Notes: generated by a model from the letters alone, not told the origin. DNA of 64,000 bases from Planctomycetota bacterium (GCA_965223505.1 CBDCWP010000039.1:209854-273853); one strand, 5' to 3'. Counted from the first letter of the stretch, positions 1 through 10,531 are shown. Numbers and translations: made by a program.

Positions 1-215
1 TCATCGGACTCGTCGTCGGGATGGTGCAGCGTTCGCGCGAGCGGGCGCTCATTCGCGAGATCGATGCAACTGAAGATGCGGAGGAAAAGAAGGCGCTGCG
101 AAAGGAGCTGCGTGCGCTTCGTCGCAAGCACGGCAAGGGGGGCGGCGCCGCCGGCGGCTGCGGCGGTTGCGGCGGCTGCGGCGGTTGCGGCGGCTGCGGC
201 GGTTGCGGCGGTTGA
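1..215 (+). CDS. 3' end of a gene that starts upstream of the window. The predicted C-terminus has a hydrophobic segment, then a Lys/Arg/Glu-rich helix, then a (Cys-Gly-Gly)x7 tail.
   Basis: Open frame runs from position 1 to the stop at 213-215. The DNA has an 18-nt periodic ggcggctgcggcggttgc repeat at 142-212 that encodes CGGCGGCGG... Confidence 0.4.
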   Translation, partial: IGLVVGMVQRSRERALIREIDATEDAEEKKALRKELRALRRKHGKGGGAAGGCGGCGGCGGCGGCGGCGG

Positions 216-292
216 CGGCCGCGGGGGGCGCCGTGCCGATGTGCCTCACGGCCGGCCCGCATGTGTCTGCGACCGCCGGACGACGCTGATCG

Positions 293-1255
293 TCACTCGT
301 CGGCGCTCTGCGCCGCGGGACGCACGCTCGCGAGGACGCCGTAGTGGTCGGACAGGTCGCCGAAGGTCGTGGTACGAGGCGCGTGCACCTCGATCGCGGT
401 GGCTTCCACCGGGTGCAGCGGCGTGGGCGACTCGCCCGCCCGGCCCGGAACCGCGCCCATGCCGAAGACATAGTCGAGCCGCTCGCGGTCGTCCTCGTCG
501 TCGTCGTCGATGCGCGTGTTGGCCGGCGCGTCCCACGTGTAGCCCGGCGCCTCGGGATGCGCCTCCCGAAAGAGATCCACCGGGCGCCACTCGCTCTGCA
601 TCAACGCGCGATGCTCGTCCGTCTCTTCGAGCACGCCGTCGACGGTCCGTTCGCCCACGACGTTGAAATCGCCGACGAACAATCCGCATGTGCGTTCCGG
701 GTCGACCGTGCGCGCTAGGAAACGCTGCATGAAGCGCTCGCACTCCTGGAGCTGCCTCGCTCGAACCTCCGGGTGGGGATCGCGAATCGTGTGGTCGCTT
801 TGCAGGTGCGTTTGAAACACACCAAGCGTCGCATCGTCACCCCAGCGTTCACCGACATCGAGCGCCGCGCCGAACACGCCCTTGTCGGTGAAGTAGTCGG
901 ACGTGAAGGGCGCCGTCGCATCGAACTCGCGGAACCCGTGCCACGGTACGTCGCCTCGTTCACGAATGGGGAAGCGCGACGCGAAGAACAAGCCGCTGTC
1001 TTCGTCGAAGCTGAACCAGGTGCCGTCGTGACACTTCGGCACCTGGTGTGGGAAAGCTCCGTCGAGGGTCTGAACGAGCAAACTGCGGACGTCTTCGTTG
1101 AACACCTCTTGGAGGCATACGACGTCCACCACCGGCTGCATCCCGAGGATGTTCTCCGCGATGACAGCGGCGCGCATCACGTCGTCCGCGTCGCCGAACG
1201 GCGAGGGCAGGATCTTCACGTTATAGGCGAGTACACGAATCGGTTCCCCAGTCAC
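293..1255 (-). CDS. Endonuclease/exonuclease/phosphatase (EEP) family protein; sphingomyelinase or nuclease-like phosphoesterase.
   Basis: 320-aa ORF. EEP hallmarks are present: N-terminal LAYNV, C-terminal catalytic SDHYGV motif, and conserved Asp/His/Glu positions. A strong SD (GGAGGTG) sits directly upstream of the ATG at 1255. Confidence 0.8.
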   Translation of the reverse strand: MTGEPIRVLAYNVKILPSPFGDADDVMRAAVIAENILGMQPVVDVVCLQEVFNEDVRSLLVQTLDGAFPHQVPKCHDGTWFSFDEDSGLFFASRFPIRERGDVPWHGFREFDATAPFTSDYFTDKGVFGAALDVGERWGDDATLGVFQTHLQSDHTIRDPHPEVRARQLQECERFMQRFLARTVDPERTCGLFVGDFNVVGERTVDGVLEETDEHRALMQSEWRPVDLFREAHPEAPGYTWDAPANTRIDDDDEDDRERLDYVFGMGAVPGRAGESPTPLHPVEATAIEVHAPRTTTFGDLSDHYGVLASVRPAAQSADE

Positions 1256-1369
1256 CTCACACCTCCGACAACGGGTGCGAGCATAGCGGCGGGAGCGCTC
1301 ATTTGCGCGCCAGACTGCAAATCCGTATGCTCACGGCTACTGGTGTAGCGACTGATCGAGGGAAAGCGT

Positions 1370-4219
1370 GTGAAGCCCGAACCCGTGCTCCGCGTCCTTG
1401 CGGGCCTCCTGTTTCTCGGAGGGCTGGCCTATCTCGTCGGCCCGTGGGTGCTTCCGGACATCGTTCGCGAGCGACCGTTCCTGCCGCACTCCGTGGTCAA
1501 GGTGATCGTGCTCGGGTTGTGTTGTCTGCACGGAAGCGGGTGGCTCGTGCGGCACCGTCCGCTCATCGGCGCGACGCTCCTCGCGCATCTGGTCTCGATC
1601 GGCGCGATGGTGCTGTACATCGTGGCGCTGCCCGCCGCGGGCGCCATGGGGCGCGATGGCGACGGCTGGCCGGTGCGCGACGTGCTGATCGGCGCGATCG
1701 TGCTCGACGGCGTGATCACGCTCGTGCTTCTGTGGTCCTGGCTGCGCGCGCGCGGCGCGACACGGCCCCCGACCCCCGCGCCGCCGGGGCCCGACGACGG
1801 TGCGCTTCGTCGCGTGCTCGTCGTCGTCGGTGTCTTCTTCGGCGCGGCGACCGTCGCGCTCGTCGCGCTGCCGTTCTTGTGCCCGGGCATCGCCGTGGAG
1901 CTGCCGTTCGTGTCCAACGCAGGCGTTCGTACGGCGATCCTGGCGCTGCTGTGCTTCGTCGCCTGTCGAAACCCGCGGCGCCATGCGGCCGCGCTCGACA
2001 TCCTCGTCGTCGGTCAGCTCGTCGCGGTCCTCGCCGGCCTCGCGCTTCTGCCGGGCTCGGACGGCTCGGCGTGGTTCCACGTCGGCTCGGTCGAGCTGTC
2101 CCGGCGTCTCGTCCTGCTGCTTGTTGTCGGGGTGGACGCCGTGCTGGGCCTGCTCCTCCTGCTGGGCGCGGTGCGTGCGTGGCGCCGGCGCGAGAAGCTG
2201 AAGTTCCTGCGGCCCGTCGAGTTCCGCGCGCTCGAAGCGTTGGCCGATCTGCTCGTGGACGTCCGTTCGCCCGGCATGCCCTCGGCGGGCGACGTGGCTC
2301 GACACACGGACGCGCACCTCGCGCCGATCCGGGCGGCCAAGCTCTGGCTCTTTCGCGCTGCGCTCTTCGGTACGCAGCTGTTGCCCGTCTTCCGCTTGCG
2401 GCCGCCCATGTCCGAGATGGAACCCGAGCTTCGCCGCAAGGACCTGCAGCAGCGCTTCGGCTACAAGCCGCTGAGCGAGCTCGACGACGACCGCGGTCGC
2501 CAGATCCTGCAGGCGCTGATCCGCATCTCGAAACAGCTCGTCTACGTCGGCTACTACAACGATCCCAAGGTGCATCCGAGCATCGGCTACACGCCGTTCT
2601 CCCAGCGTCCCGAGCGCGACTTCGAGGATCCGCCCGGCCGCGAAGTCTCTACGACGAAGCTCGACGTGACACCGGCCGACGAGCTACCCGACATCGTCGC
2701 GACGGAGGTCTGCGTGATCGGAAGCGGGGCGGCCGGCTCGACGCTCGCGCACGAGTTCACCCAAGCCGGGCATCGCGTCCTGTTGATCGAGCGCGGCGGG
2801 TACACGGAGCCGAGCGCGTTCACCGAGAACGAGCTCGACATGGTCGGGCGCCTCTATGCCGACGGTATCACCGGCCAGACGGAGGACTTTCGCTTCACGA
2901 TCCTGCAGGGGAGCTGCGTGGGGGGCGGCACGACGATCAACAACGGTGTCATCTTCGATCCACCCGCGTATCTGCTCGATCGTTGGAACCAAGAGCACGC
3001 AGCCGGGATCGACGTCGCCGAACTGCAAGCGAGCGTCCAGGCCATGCGCGCCCATCTGCGTGTGCAACGGCAAACGCCGTACAACGAGACCGGTGTGGAT
3101 CCGGACAACGCGTCCTTTCTGAACCCGTCCGGCTTCCCGTTCATCGAAGCCCTCCGCAAGCATGCCGGCGCGCTGTACCCCGACAACGGCGCGGTCGAGG
3201 CCAACATCGAGAACAACCTCGGCACCGGCTACGAGAACATCGGCGACCGCTACGGGCGCAAGCTCGGGACGCTCGAGACGCTGCTTCCCAAGGCGCAAGC
3301 GACGGGCCGGCTCACCGTTACGGCGGGGTTGGACATCGACCGGCTGCTGACGGGCGGCGGCGCGCGCGTGCGTGAAGCCCAGGGCGCCACGCCCGGCGGA
3401 CGCCGCATTCGCGTTCACGCCGAAAGGTTCGTCATCGCGGCAGGGGCGGTCGCGTCCTCCTGGTTGCTGATCCGCAACGGCATCCGTCTCGGCGGGCGGG
3501 TGGGCCGGGGATTCTCGGCCAACATGGGGTCCTATCTCACCGTCGACTTCGGGCGCGAGGTCGGCAGCGAAGAAGGCCTGCAGATCTCGCACTACGCGAT
3601 TCCGAAGCCGTGGCCCGAGGGTGAGCCGCCCTACGTGCTCGAGACGTGGTGGAACCCGCCCGCGATCCAGGCGACGAACATGCCCGGTTGGTTCGAGGAT
3701 CACCAGAGCAACATGCAGGCCTACCGCAACATGATGGCGGTCGGCGTGATCGTCGGCACCGCGGCCACCGGCACGGTGCGGCCGGCGCTGACGGGCGGCG
3801 CCGAGGTGGTGTTCAAGCCCGGGGCGCAGGAGCTGGATCGGCTTGCCGCCGGCCTGCGATCCGTGGCCGAGATCTCGATCAAGGACGGCGCCGAGCGGGG
3901 CGAGGCCGTACGCGTCATGCCGAACACGTGGCAGTACGACGCGTTCACGAAGCTGGATGAGCTGGACCGTCTCGACCGGCTCGTTCGCAAGAGCGACTAT
4001 CTGACGCTGGGCACGGGCCATCCGCAGGGCGGCAACGCGATGAGCTCCGACGCTGGACGGGGCGTGGTCGATCCGAACTTCCGCGTGCACGGCATGGACA
4101 ACCTCTACGTCTGCGACGCGAGCGTCTTCCCGACGAGCGTCGGCCTCAATCCGCAGATGACGGTGTTCGCGCTCGCGCACTACGCAGCGCGCCGGATCAC
4201 CGACGGGGGTGGATCGTGA
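1370..4219 (+). CDS. Fusion protein: an N-terminal polytopic membrane domain of about 330 aa joined to a C-terminal GMC-family FAD-dependent oxidoreductase.
   Basis: 949-aa ORF with a GTG start after GGAAAG. Multiple hydrophobic helices precede a Rossmann FAD motif, GSGAAGS. The C-terminus carries the GMC signature, ...HGMDNLYVCDASVFPTSVGLNPQMT..., with His/Asn active-site context. Confidence 0.8.
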   Translation: MKPEPVLRVLAGLLFLGGLAYLVGPWVLPDIVRERPFLPHSVVKVIVLGLCCLHGSGWLVRHRPLIGATLLAHLVSIGAMVLYIVALPAAGAMGRDGDGWPVRDVLIGAIVLDGVITLVLLWSWLRARGATRPPTPAPPGPDDGALRRVLVVVGVFFGAATVALVALPFLCPGIAVELPFVSNAGVRTAILALLCFVACRNPRRHAAALDILVVGQLVAVLAGLALLPGSDGSAWFHVGSVELSRRLVLLLVVGVDAVLGLLLLLGAVRAWRRREKLKFLRPVEFRALEALADLLVDVRSPGMPSAGDVARHTDAHLAPIRAAKLWLFRAALFGTQLLPVFRLRPPMSEMEPELRRKDLQQRFGYKPLSELDDDRGRQILQALIRISKQLVYVGYYNDPKVHPSIGYTPFSQRPERDFEDPPGREVSTTKLDVTPADELPDIVATEVCVIGSGAAGSTLAHEFTQAGHRVLLIERGGYTEPSAFTENELDMVGRLYADGITGQTEDFRFTILQGSCVGGGTTINNGVIFDPPAYLLDRWNQEHAAGIDVAELQASVQAMRAHLRVQRQTPYNETGVDPDNASFLNPSGFPFIEALRKHAGALYPDNGAVEANIENNLGTGYENIGDRYGRKLGTLETLLPKAQATGRLTVTAGLDIDRLLTGGGARVREAQGATPGGRRIRVHAERFVIAAGAVASSWLLIRNGIRLGGRVGRGFSANMGSYLTVDFGREVGSEEGLQISHYAIPKPWPEGEPPYVLETWWNPPAIQATNMPGWFEDHQSNMQAYRNMMAVGVIVGTAATGTVRPALTGGAEVVFKPGAQELDRLAAGLRSVAEISIKDGAERGEAVRVMPNTWQYDAFTKLDELDRLDRLVRKSDYLTLGTGHPQGGNAMSSDAGRGVVDPNFRVHGMDNLYVCDASVFPTSVGLNPQMTVFALAHYAARRITDGGGS

Positions 4220-4719
4220 TCACGCTCGGGCGGGTGGCCATCGTCGTCGGCGTGTACGCGGTGCTGTGGCTGTCGTTTCGCCTCTTCACGCGCAGCCCCG
4301 ACAAGTCCGAGCGCACCACCTTCCTGGTGTTGGGGGGCGGCTGGGCGCTCAGCACGTTCGTCGGGAACTGGCTCCTGTCGTTGATCGGGGCGATGAGCTT
4401 CATGCCTTGGATCACCAACGCGTTGCACACATTCGTGTGGATCGGCTTCTGCCTCACCTGGCTCTACTTCGGCGTGCGCTTCCGGTACGGGCTGCTGGCG
4501 CAGTTCTCGTTCTTCGCGGGTTTCAGCCTCGTGGTCAAGGTGGCGGAGCGCCTGCTGTTCGGAACGTGGGAGCACGACCACTTCATCTGGCTCGTGGACG
4601 GCAACGTCGCGTACATCGTGGGCTGGTCCCTGATGGACGGGCTCTATCCGTTCATCAGCATCATGTTCCTACGGCTGCTTGCACAGCGGTTGCCGAAGCT
4701 GCGCCTCGTCATTCGGTAG
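4216..4719 (+). CDS. Small polytopic membrane protein, translationally coupled to the GMC oxidoreductase.
   Basis: The ATG overlaps the upstream stop as an ATGA quartet. The 167-aa product has 4-5 predicted TM helices. Confidence 0.6.
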   Translation: MITLGRVAIVVGVYAVLWLSFRLFTRSPDKSERTTFLVLGGGWALSTFVGNWLLSLIGAMSFMPWITNALHTFVWIGFCLTWLYFGVRFRYGLLAQFSFFAGFSLVVKVAERLLFGTWEHDHFIWLVDGNVAYIVGWSLMDGLYPFISIMFLRLLAQRLPKLRLVIR

Positions 4720-4900
4720 CGGGGCCGGAACGCCCGCGATCGCGAGCCTTCTCGCCCACGCAGTCGTTACCGCCTATCCGCTGCAGCCCGCGCGCGGGAC
4801 CGGGCGCCGTGCGGCCGGAGGTCGGATCCGCCAGGGGCGCGGTGTAACGGCGGCTGGCGTTCGACGTGGTTGGACTCGTCCCCTTCCAAGGAGAATCGCC

Positions 4901-5305
4901 ATGCATCACATCGCGCGCACCACCGTCCTCGTCCTTCTGGGCATCGCCGCAGCGGCGCCTTGTGCGGCCGCGCCTGCGCCCAGTCCGTTCGCCGGCAGCT
5001 ACAGGGGAGACATCGGCAATTGGGATGCCAGCCTCACCATCGACGACGGCGGCAGCATCGTCGGCGCGGCCCAGCCGTCGTGGAACAGTTTCTGCTCAAA
5101 GGCGAGCATCAGCGGGCGCGTGACGAACGATGGTTCGATCCGCATCGTGCTCCGGTACACCTGCCTCGACTTCAGCCGCAGGTTCCTGGGCGACAAGCGC
5201 ATTCGATGGGTGATCGACGGTACGGCGTCCCTCGACGCCGAGGGCAACCTGGACGTCGACTCGAGCGACCCCGTAGCCGGTGCGTTCACCCTGAACGTTC
5301 GCTGA
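4901..5305 (+). CDS. Secreted hypothetical protein of 134 aa with a signal peptide.
   Basis: AAGGAG SD lies 6 nt before the ATG at 4901. The N-terminus reads MHHIARTTVLVLLGIAAAAPCAA. I recognise no known domain. Confidence 0.6.
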   Translation: MHHIARTTVLVLLGIAAAAPCAAAPAPSPFAGSYRGDIGNWDASLTIDDGGSIVGAAQPSWNSFCSKASISGRVTNDGSIRIVLRYTCLDFSRRFLGDKRIRWVIDGTASLDAEGNLDVDSSDPVAGAFTLNVR

Positions 5306-5396
5306 CGCTGACGGTCGGCCGCTACGACGGAGACGGCTCCCTTGCGAGGGGGGTCGTTTCAGGTTCGGCGCCTCCAGTACCCTGTGCGGGAGAAAC

Positions 5397-8300
5397 ATGG
5401 CGCGACGGACGGCTCCCCTTTTTCTGGTGCTCCTGCTTTCGGTGCTCGTGCTGTCGACGTCGCGGGTCGGGGAGGCCGAAGAGCCCGTCGCGCCCACCCC
5501 GGCCCAACGCTTCGTCGACGCCTACCGAGCAGACGACGAGACGGCACAGAAGAAGATTGCCGGCGACCCTGCAATCGACCCGGTGGACGTGGTCGCGACG
5601 CTGTGGCTCTGGCGGCTCGCGGTGCTCCCGGACGAGCCGGACTCGGAGTTCCTTCCCGCGGCGACGGCGTTCGCGAGGCTGGCGGCCGCGCGCCCCGATG
5701 CGCCCAAGCTCGCCGTCGTCGTGGAGGCGCACGTTGCGATCACGGGGGAGCGCCTGGCAGCTGAGCTCGAGCGCGCCGAGGCCTGGAGCCGAGCCCGCGA
5801 CCTGAAGGCGACGCAGGAGCGTCTCGCCGCCCACGCCGAGCTCGCGCTGGCCACGGCGAACGCACAGCCCACACTGCTCACGGCGGCGATCCTGTCCCGA
5901 TGCGCCGAGGTCCTCGAGGCCGGTGGACGCCGTGCGGAGGCCGCGCGCGCGCACGGGCTCGCGGCGCGTCACGCCGACGCCTTACCTTTTGGCTGGGCCT
6001 GGCGGCCAAGGCGTGGCAATCGACGGCGCGCCTCGCAACGATGCGCGCCGCGTGGGACGACGCGGCCGCCGCGCTCGAGCGCGCTGCGGTCCGGATGGAG
6101 TCCGCGGGGTGGCACCGGCCGGCGGCTTCCATCCTGGCCAATCTCGCGCTCGTCCAGCGCCGGCAGGGCCGGCCCGATGCGTCCGCCGGCGCGGCGGCGC
6201 GCGCCGAAGACAATGCCCGCCGCGCAGGCGACGACGCCATGCGGAGGCGCGCCCGGCTTGCGCGCGCCTCCGCCTGGATCGACCAGGCGCGGTGGGAGGA
6301 GGCCGCGGCCGTGCTTCGAGAGGTCGCCGACGCCGCATCGGCGGCCGGCGACGAGCGTTCGGCCCGTACGGCGCGGCTGAACCTGGGTCTGCTGTTCTTG
6401 CGCAGCGGCCGGTTCGCCGAGGCCTTGACCGTCCACGAGCAGGAGCTGTCACGCCTTGCGTCGGAGCCGCCCAGCCAGGCCAAGGCGGCGGCGCTGCGCA
6501 ACGCCGGCATCGTCCTGCGCGAGCTGGGTCGTCTGTCGGAGGCGCGTGATCTCCAAGCGCGGGCCCTCGAGACCTACCTGGCCCTGCGGGACCGCGCGGG
6601 CGCGGGCGCCGCGCGCCTGAATCTCGGTGCGCTGGCGCTTGCCATGGGCGACCCGGCGCTCGCGAGCACCCATTACCGCGCGGCCGCCGACGCCGCGTGG
6701 GGCGCGGGGGACTTCGAGGTGGGATCCCTTGCGACCCTGAACCTCGCCGCCATCGAGCGCCTTGCGGGCAATCCGGATGCCGCGATCAAGACCCTCGAGG
6801 GCGTCGTACACCGCTGCGAGGCCGCCGGGCGTCCGGTGCCCGCCGTTGCCTTGAGCGAGCTCGGCAAGGCGCGTATGGATCACGGACAGATCGATCGCGC
6901 CCTCGAGCACTTCGCCGCGGCCGTCGAGGCCCTCGACTCGAGCGCGGAGGGACCGCGTCGTGCATCGGCGGTCCTGGCGAGCCAGGCCGCGGCGTTGCGC
7001 GAGGCGGGGCGGCTCGCCGCCGCTCTGGCTCCCGCCCGGCGTGCGCTCGAGCTGCGGCGCGCGTCGCTCGCCGGCCTCGAGGCCGGAGAGGCGGACGGAC
7101 TCGGCCTGCGCGTGGCGGAGCTCGCCGCGCTCGGCCTCGCGATCACCGCGCGGCTGTGCGCGGCGGGCACGCTCAGCGAGGCCGCCGCGGCGGCGGAGGC
7201 GTTCCGGTTCGTCGAGTGGGCCCGCGCCCTCTTGCTGGTCGAGTCCCTGCGAACAACCGGCGCGCTGGTCCATGCCACGCTCCCCGACGATTTGCGTCAC
7301 GCGCTCGAGGCGGCGTCCGCAGCACTGGACCGCGCGCGCCGGGGGCTCGCCCGCGCGTTGGCGCGGGGCGACACCGGCGCCGTCGACGCCGCCCGTGCGC
7401 GCCGCGACCGTGCATACGAGGCCCGCGAGGTCGCCTTGGCACGCGCCCACCGCCACGCGGGGCGACTCGCGCAGGTCGTGTGGCCACGACCGCTCGAGCT
7501 GGAAGCGGTTTGCGAGCTGCTCGGTCCAGGCGAGGCGCTCGTGCTGTACCAGATCGCCGAGGACCGTCTCCATGCCATCGTAGTGCGGGCGGATCGAGCG
7601 CGGCTCGTGGACCTCGGGGACACCGATGGACTCGCCGAGGATGCGCTGGCCTGGCGGCGGTTGGCGTCGGTGCCGCGGGGCCCGGAAGCGCTGCTCGCCG
7701 CCCGGCTGCACGAGCGCCTGATCGCACCGCTCGACGCAGAGCTGGCAGGGACTACATCGCTGCTCGTATCGCCTGACGGTCCGCTCACCTTCGTGTCCTT
7801 CGATGCGCTGCTCGATCGCGGAACGGGGAGGCGCCTGGTCGAAGAGTGGGTCGTGCGCGCCGTACCCTCGGCCAGCGTGCTTTCGCTGCTGCGGACGCAG
7901 GCACCGCCGGCGCGCGCGCACCAGCGCTTGTTGGCGCTCGGCGATCCCGCTCGCCCTGCGGCGCTCTCGCTTCGCGCGCAGGGGCTCGGCTTCGCGCTGC
8001 CGCGGCCGCTTCCGGGCGGTCGCCGAGAGGCCGCGGCGGTGGTGGACCGGCCCCCGCCGGAAGGAACACGTTCTCTTGCTCGGGACGGAGGCGAGCCGCG
8101 CCCGTCTTCTCGAGACCCTGGCCGCCGCGGACGAGCCCTGGCGCGCGATCCACCTCGCCTGCCACGGCCGCCTCGACGGCGAGCGTCCGCGCCTGACGGG
8201 ACTCCTGCTCGCGGGCGGGGACGTGCTCGACGTCGACGACGTGCACCGGCTGCAGGCGCCCGCCGATCTCGTCGTCCTGTCGGCGTGCGAGACCGGACGC

Positions 8301-8558
8301 GGCGGTCTCGTGCGGGGCGACGGCGTGCTCGGTCTCGTACGCGGGTTCTTCGTGGCAGGGGCGCGAGCCGTGGTGGCCTCGACCTGGAAGGTCGCCGACC
8401 GGCCGACGCTCGATCTCATGCGTCGCTTCTACGAGGCGCTCGACACGGGGGCTTTGCCGGCGGAGGCGCTGGCGCGCGCCAAGCGCGAGGTACTGGCCGG
8501 CGGGGGCGAGGCGGCCCACCCTGCCCATTGGGCCGGTTTCGTCCTCTGGGGGCCGTGA
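5397..8558 (+). pseudogene. Secreted TPR-repeat protein with a C-terminal CHAT (caspase-like) protease domain; the reading frame is broken by two apparent frameshifts.
   Basis: A signal peptide (MARRTAPLFLVLLLSVLVLS) and TPR-like Ala/Leu-rich repeats are in frame 0 up to ~5990. The protein continues in frame 2 (WLGLAAKAWQ...), with the shift near the ccttacctttt run. It returns to frame 0 near the ggccccccgcc run at ~8050. The last ~170 aa is a canonical CHAT domain: HLACHG...LVVLSACETG...AHWAGFVLWG. Confidence 0.6.
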
Positions 8559-8613
8559 CCCGCACGGCGCCGGCGCCGGGGTCGTATGATCGCGGTGCGG
8601 AGGCGCGTGCGCG

Positions 8614-9537
8614 ATGAGCGAGGTTTCGACCGACGAAGGCCAGCTCCTCGAGGCCCTGGCCGCTTCGTATGCGGCGGGCCGTCTCGCCCACGCCGAGCTC
8701 GCCCTCCCGCGGAAGGCATTCGACGATCATGCACGAGCCGCCGCGTCGCGGCGCCGGGCGCGTCGCGCCGGTGATGACGCGCCGTCGCTGTCCGACGTCG
8801 TGGCGTCAGCCGTCGCCTCGGATCTCTACCTTGCGACGGCGGCGATCCACGGCGTGGAGGGCGCCTGGGAAAGGCTCGAAGGAGGGCTCCGCCCGCGACT
8901 CCTCGCCTTGGCGCGCGCGCGCGGCGCGGGCACCGTCGAGGCCGAGCGGCTCGTGACCGACCTGCTCGGTGACCTCGCGCTGCCGGGCGGCGGAGCGCCG
9001 CGGCTGCTGGCGACCTACGACGCCACGGGCAGCCTTTTCGGCTGGTTGGCGACGACGCTCGTGCGGCGCTGGTGGCGAAACGCGCGTGCAACCCGAAAGG
9101 GACCCCGCGCGCTCGAGGACAGGGCCTCCATGCTGCCGCCGGCGACCGCCCCCGGTCCCGCTGCGACGGCGGCCACGCGCGAGTGGGGCGGGCACGTTCG
9201 AACCGCCCTGCTCCGCGCGTTGGAACGACTCACCCCCCGGGAGCACGCCGTGCTGGTCATGCGGCACGTCGACGGGCGCACCGGCCGGGACATCGCGCGG
9301 ATCCTGGGCGTCGGACCGCCGCGCGTCAGCCGCCTGCTGCAGCAGGCGACCGGCAAGGTGCGCGAGGGGCTGCTGCCCCTGGTTCGGTCGGCCGGCGTCC
9401 GCGGGCGACTCGACGAGGAGAGCTGGGAAGCGCTGCGCGACGGCGTGGGCGAGGCGCTGCAGATGGCAATTCCAAGAGAAGACGCGCCCCTTCCTCACGA
9501 AGGCGCCAGGGGCAAGGAGGGCACCTCCGATGCATGA
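8614..9537 (+). CDS. RNA polymerase sigma-70 family sigma factor, ECF-like.
   Basis: Region-4 HTH is present: LTPREHAVLVMRHVDGRTGRDIARILGVGPPRVSRLLQQA. A region-2-like segment is also present. Confidence 0.8.
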   Translation: MSEVSTDEGQLLEALAASYAAGRLAHAELALPRKAFDDHARAAASRRRARRAGDDAPSLSDVVASAVASDLYLATAAIHGVEGAWERLEGGLRPRLLALARARGAGTVEAERLVTDLLGDLALPGGGAPRLLATYDATGSLFGWLATTLVRRWWRNARATRKGPRALEDRASMLPPATAPGPAATAATREWGGHVRTALLRALERLTPREHAVLVMRHVDGRTGRDIARILGVGPPRVSRLLQQATGKVREGLLPLVRSAGVRGRLDEESWEALRDGVGEALQMAIPREDAPLPHEGARGKEGTSDA

Positions 9538-10453
9538 GACACCCCCGTCCGGACTCGATCGCCTCCTCGCCGAGGCGGCCGACGGGGCCGCGCCCTGCCC
9601 CGATCCCAACGACCTCGCGGGATTCGTCGAGGGCCGTCTGGACGAGGCCGCCGAGGACGCGGTCCTCACGCACCTTGCCGCGTGCGCGCTGTGTCGTGAG
9701 GTCATCGACGCGGTGGGCGCAGCCGATACCCCCGTTGCGTCACCCGGCGCCCCGTCCCGTCCGTCGTGGTTCCGCTGGACCGCGGCCGCGGCGGCCTTGC
9801 TGCTGGCGGCCGTCGGCGCGGGCGTCGCCCTGCAGTCCCGGGACGGTGGCACCGAGGAGGGCACGCGAGCGCGCCTGGTTGCCGCGGCAGGCCGGATCGC
9901 CGATCGCGACGCGTCGCTGGCCGCCCTTCTTGTGCCGCTCTCCGACGAGGAGCTCAGGCGCCGCGACGCGGACGAGCTGCGAGGGGACGGCGAGGCGATC
10001 CTGCCCGTGGGGCGCGTCACAACGACCCGGCCGACGTTTTCGTGGCCGGCGGTGCCGGGGGCGCGCAGCTACACGATCACGCTGCTCGGCGAGCAAGGGA
10101 CCCTCTGGTCGAAAACGGTCGAGGGAACGATCTACACCGCCGAGGCGCCGCTGACCGCGGGCGCCAGCCACGTGTGGTATGTCGAATCCGACGATCCCCA
10201 TGCCACCTCGCGCAGCGCGGCCTTCGACGTCATGGCGGCCGACGAGGCCGAGGCGTGGTCGCGAGCCGTGTCCGAGGTGGAGCAGGACGTCTCGGAGCCG
10301 CTCTCCTGGCTTCTGCTTGCCCACGCGGCGCTTCGCCGCGATCTGCGGCAGGAGGCCCTCGCGTTCGCCCGCCGCTACGCGGACGCGTCGCCCGAAGACG
10401 ATCTCGGCGAGGCCACGCTCGCCCGCGCGCAGGACCGTCTGAACGCTCGCTGA
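9530..10453 (+). CDS. Putative anti-sigma factor with a zinc-finger-like HxxxCxxC motif and a single TM helix.
   Basis: The ATG at 9530 overlaps the sigma stop by 8 nt. Motif HLAACALCREV is present. A TM segment (WTAAAAALLLAAVGAGVAL) is followed by a periplasmic domain. Confidence 0.65.
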   Translation: MHETPPSGLDRLLAEAADGAAPCPDPNDLAGFVEGRLDEAAEDAVLTHLAACALCREVIDAVGAADTPVASPGAPSRPSWFRWTAAAAALLLAAVGAGVALQSRDGGTEEGTRARLVAAAGRIADRDASLAALLVPLSDEELRRRDADELRGDGEAILPVGRVTTTRPTFSWPAVPGARSYTITLLGEQGTLWSKTVEGTIYTAEAPLTAGASHVWYVESDDPHATSRSAAFDVMAADEAEAWSRAVSEVEQDVSEPLSWLLLAHAALRRDLRQEALAFARRYADASPEDDLGEATLARAQDRLNAR

Positions 10454-10531
10454 GAAACACCACCGGCAATTCCGGGGGAGCGGGCGACTCCGACCTCCAT
10501 TCGGCGCCGATGCGCCCCGGAGGACCCGCCC

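Noticed and set aside
1303-3375. Numerous Arg/Ala/Pro-rich ORFs overlapping real genes throughout the window, for example 1303-3375, 6449-8419, 9740-10819 and 42142-44229.
   Set aside because: Low-complexity Arg/Ala/Gly/Pro composition with no stops is expected in off-frames of ~70% GC DNA. Each overlaps a gene with recognisable domains in another frame.
8050-8617. Continuation of the frame-2 CHAT ORF past 8050 (…ARDGGEPRPSSRDPGRRGRALARDPPRLPRPPRRR…).
   Set aside because: This is post-frameshift read-through. The genuine CHAT domain is in frame 0 (7803-8558).
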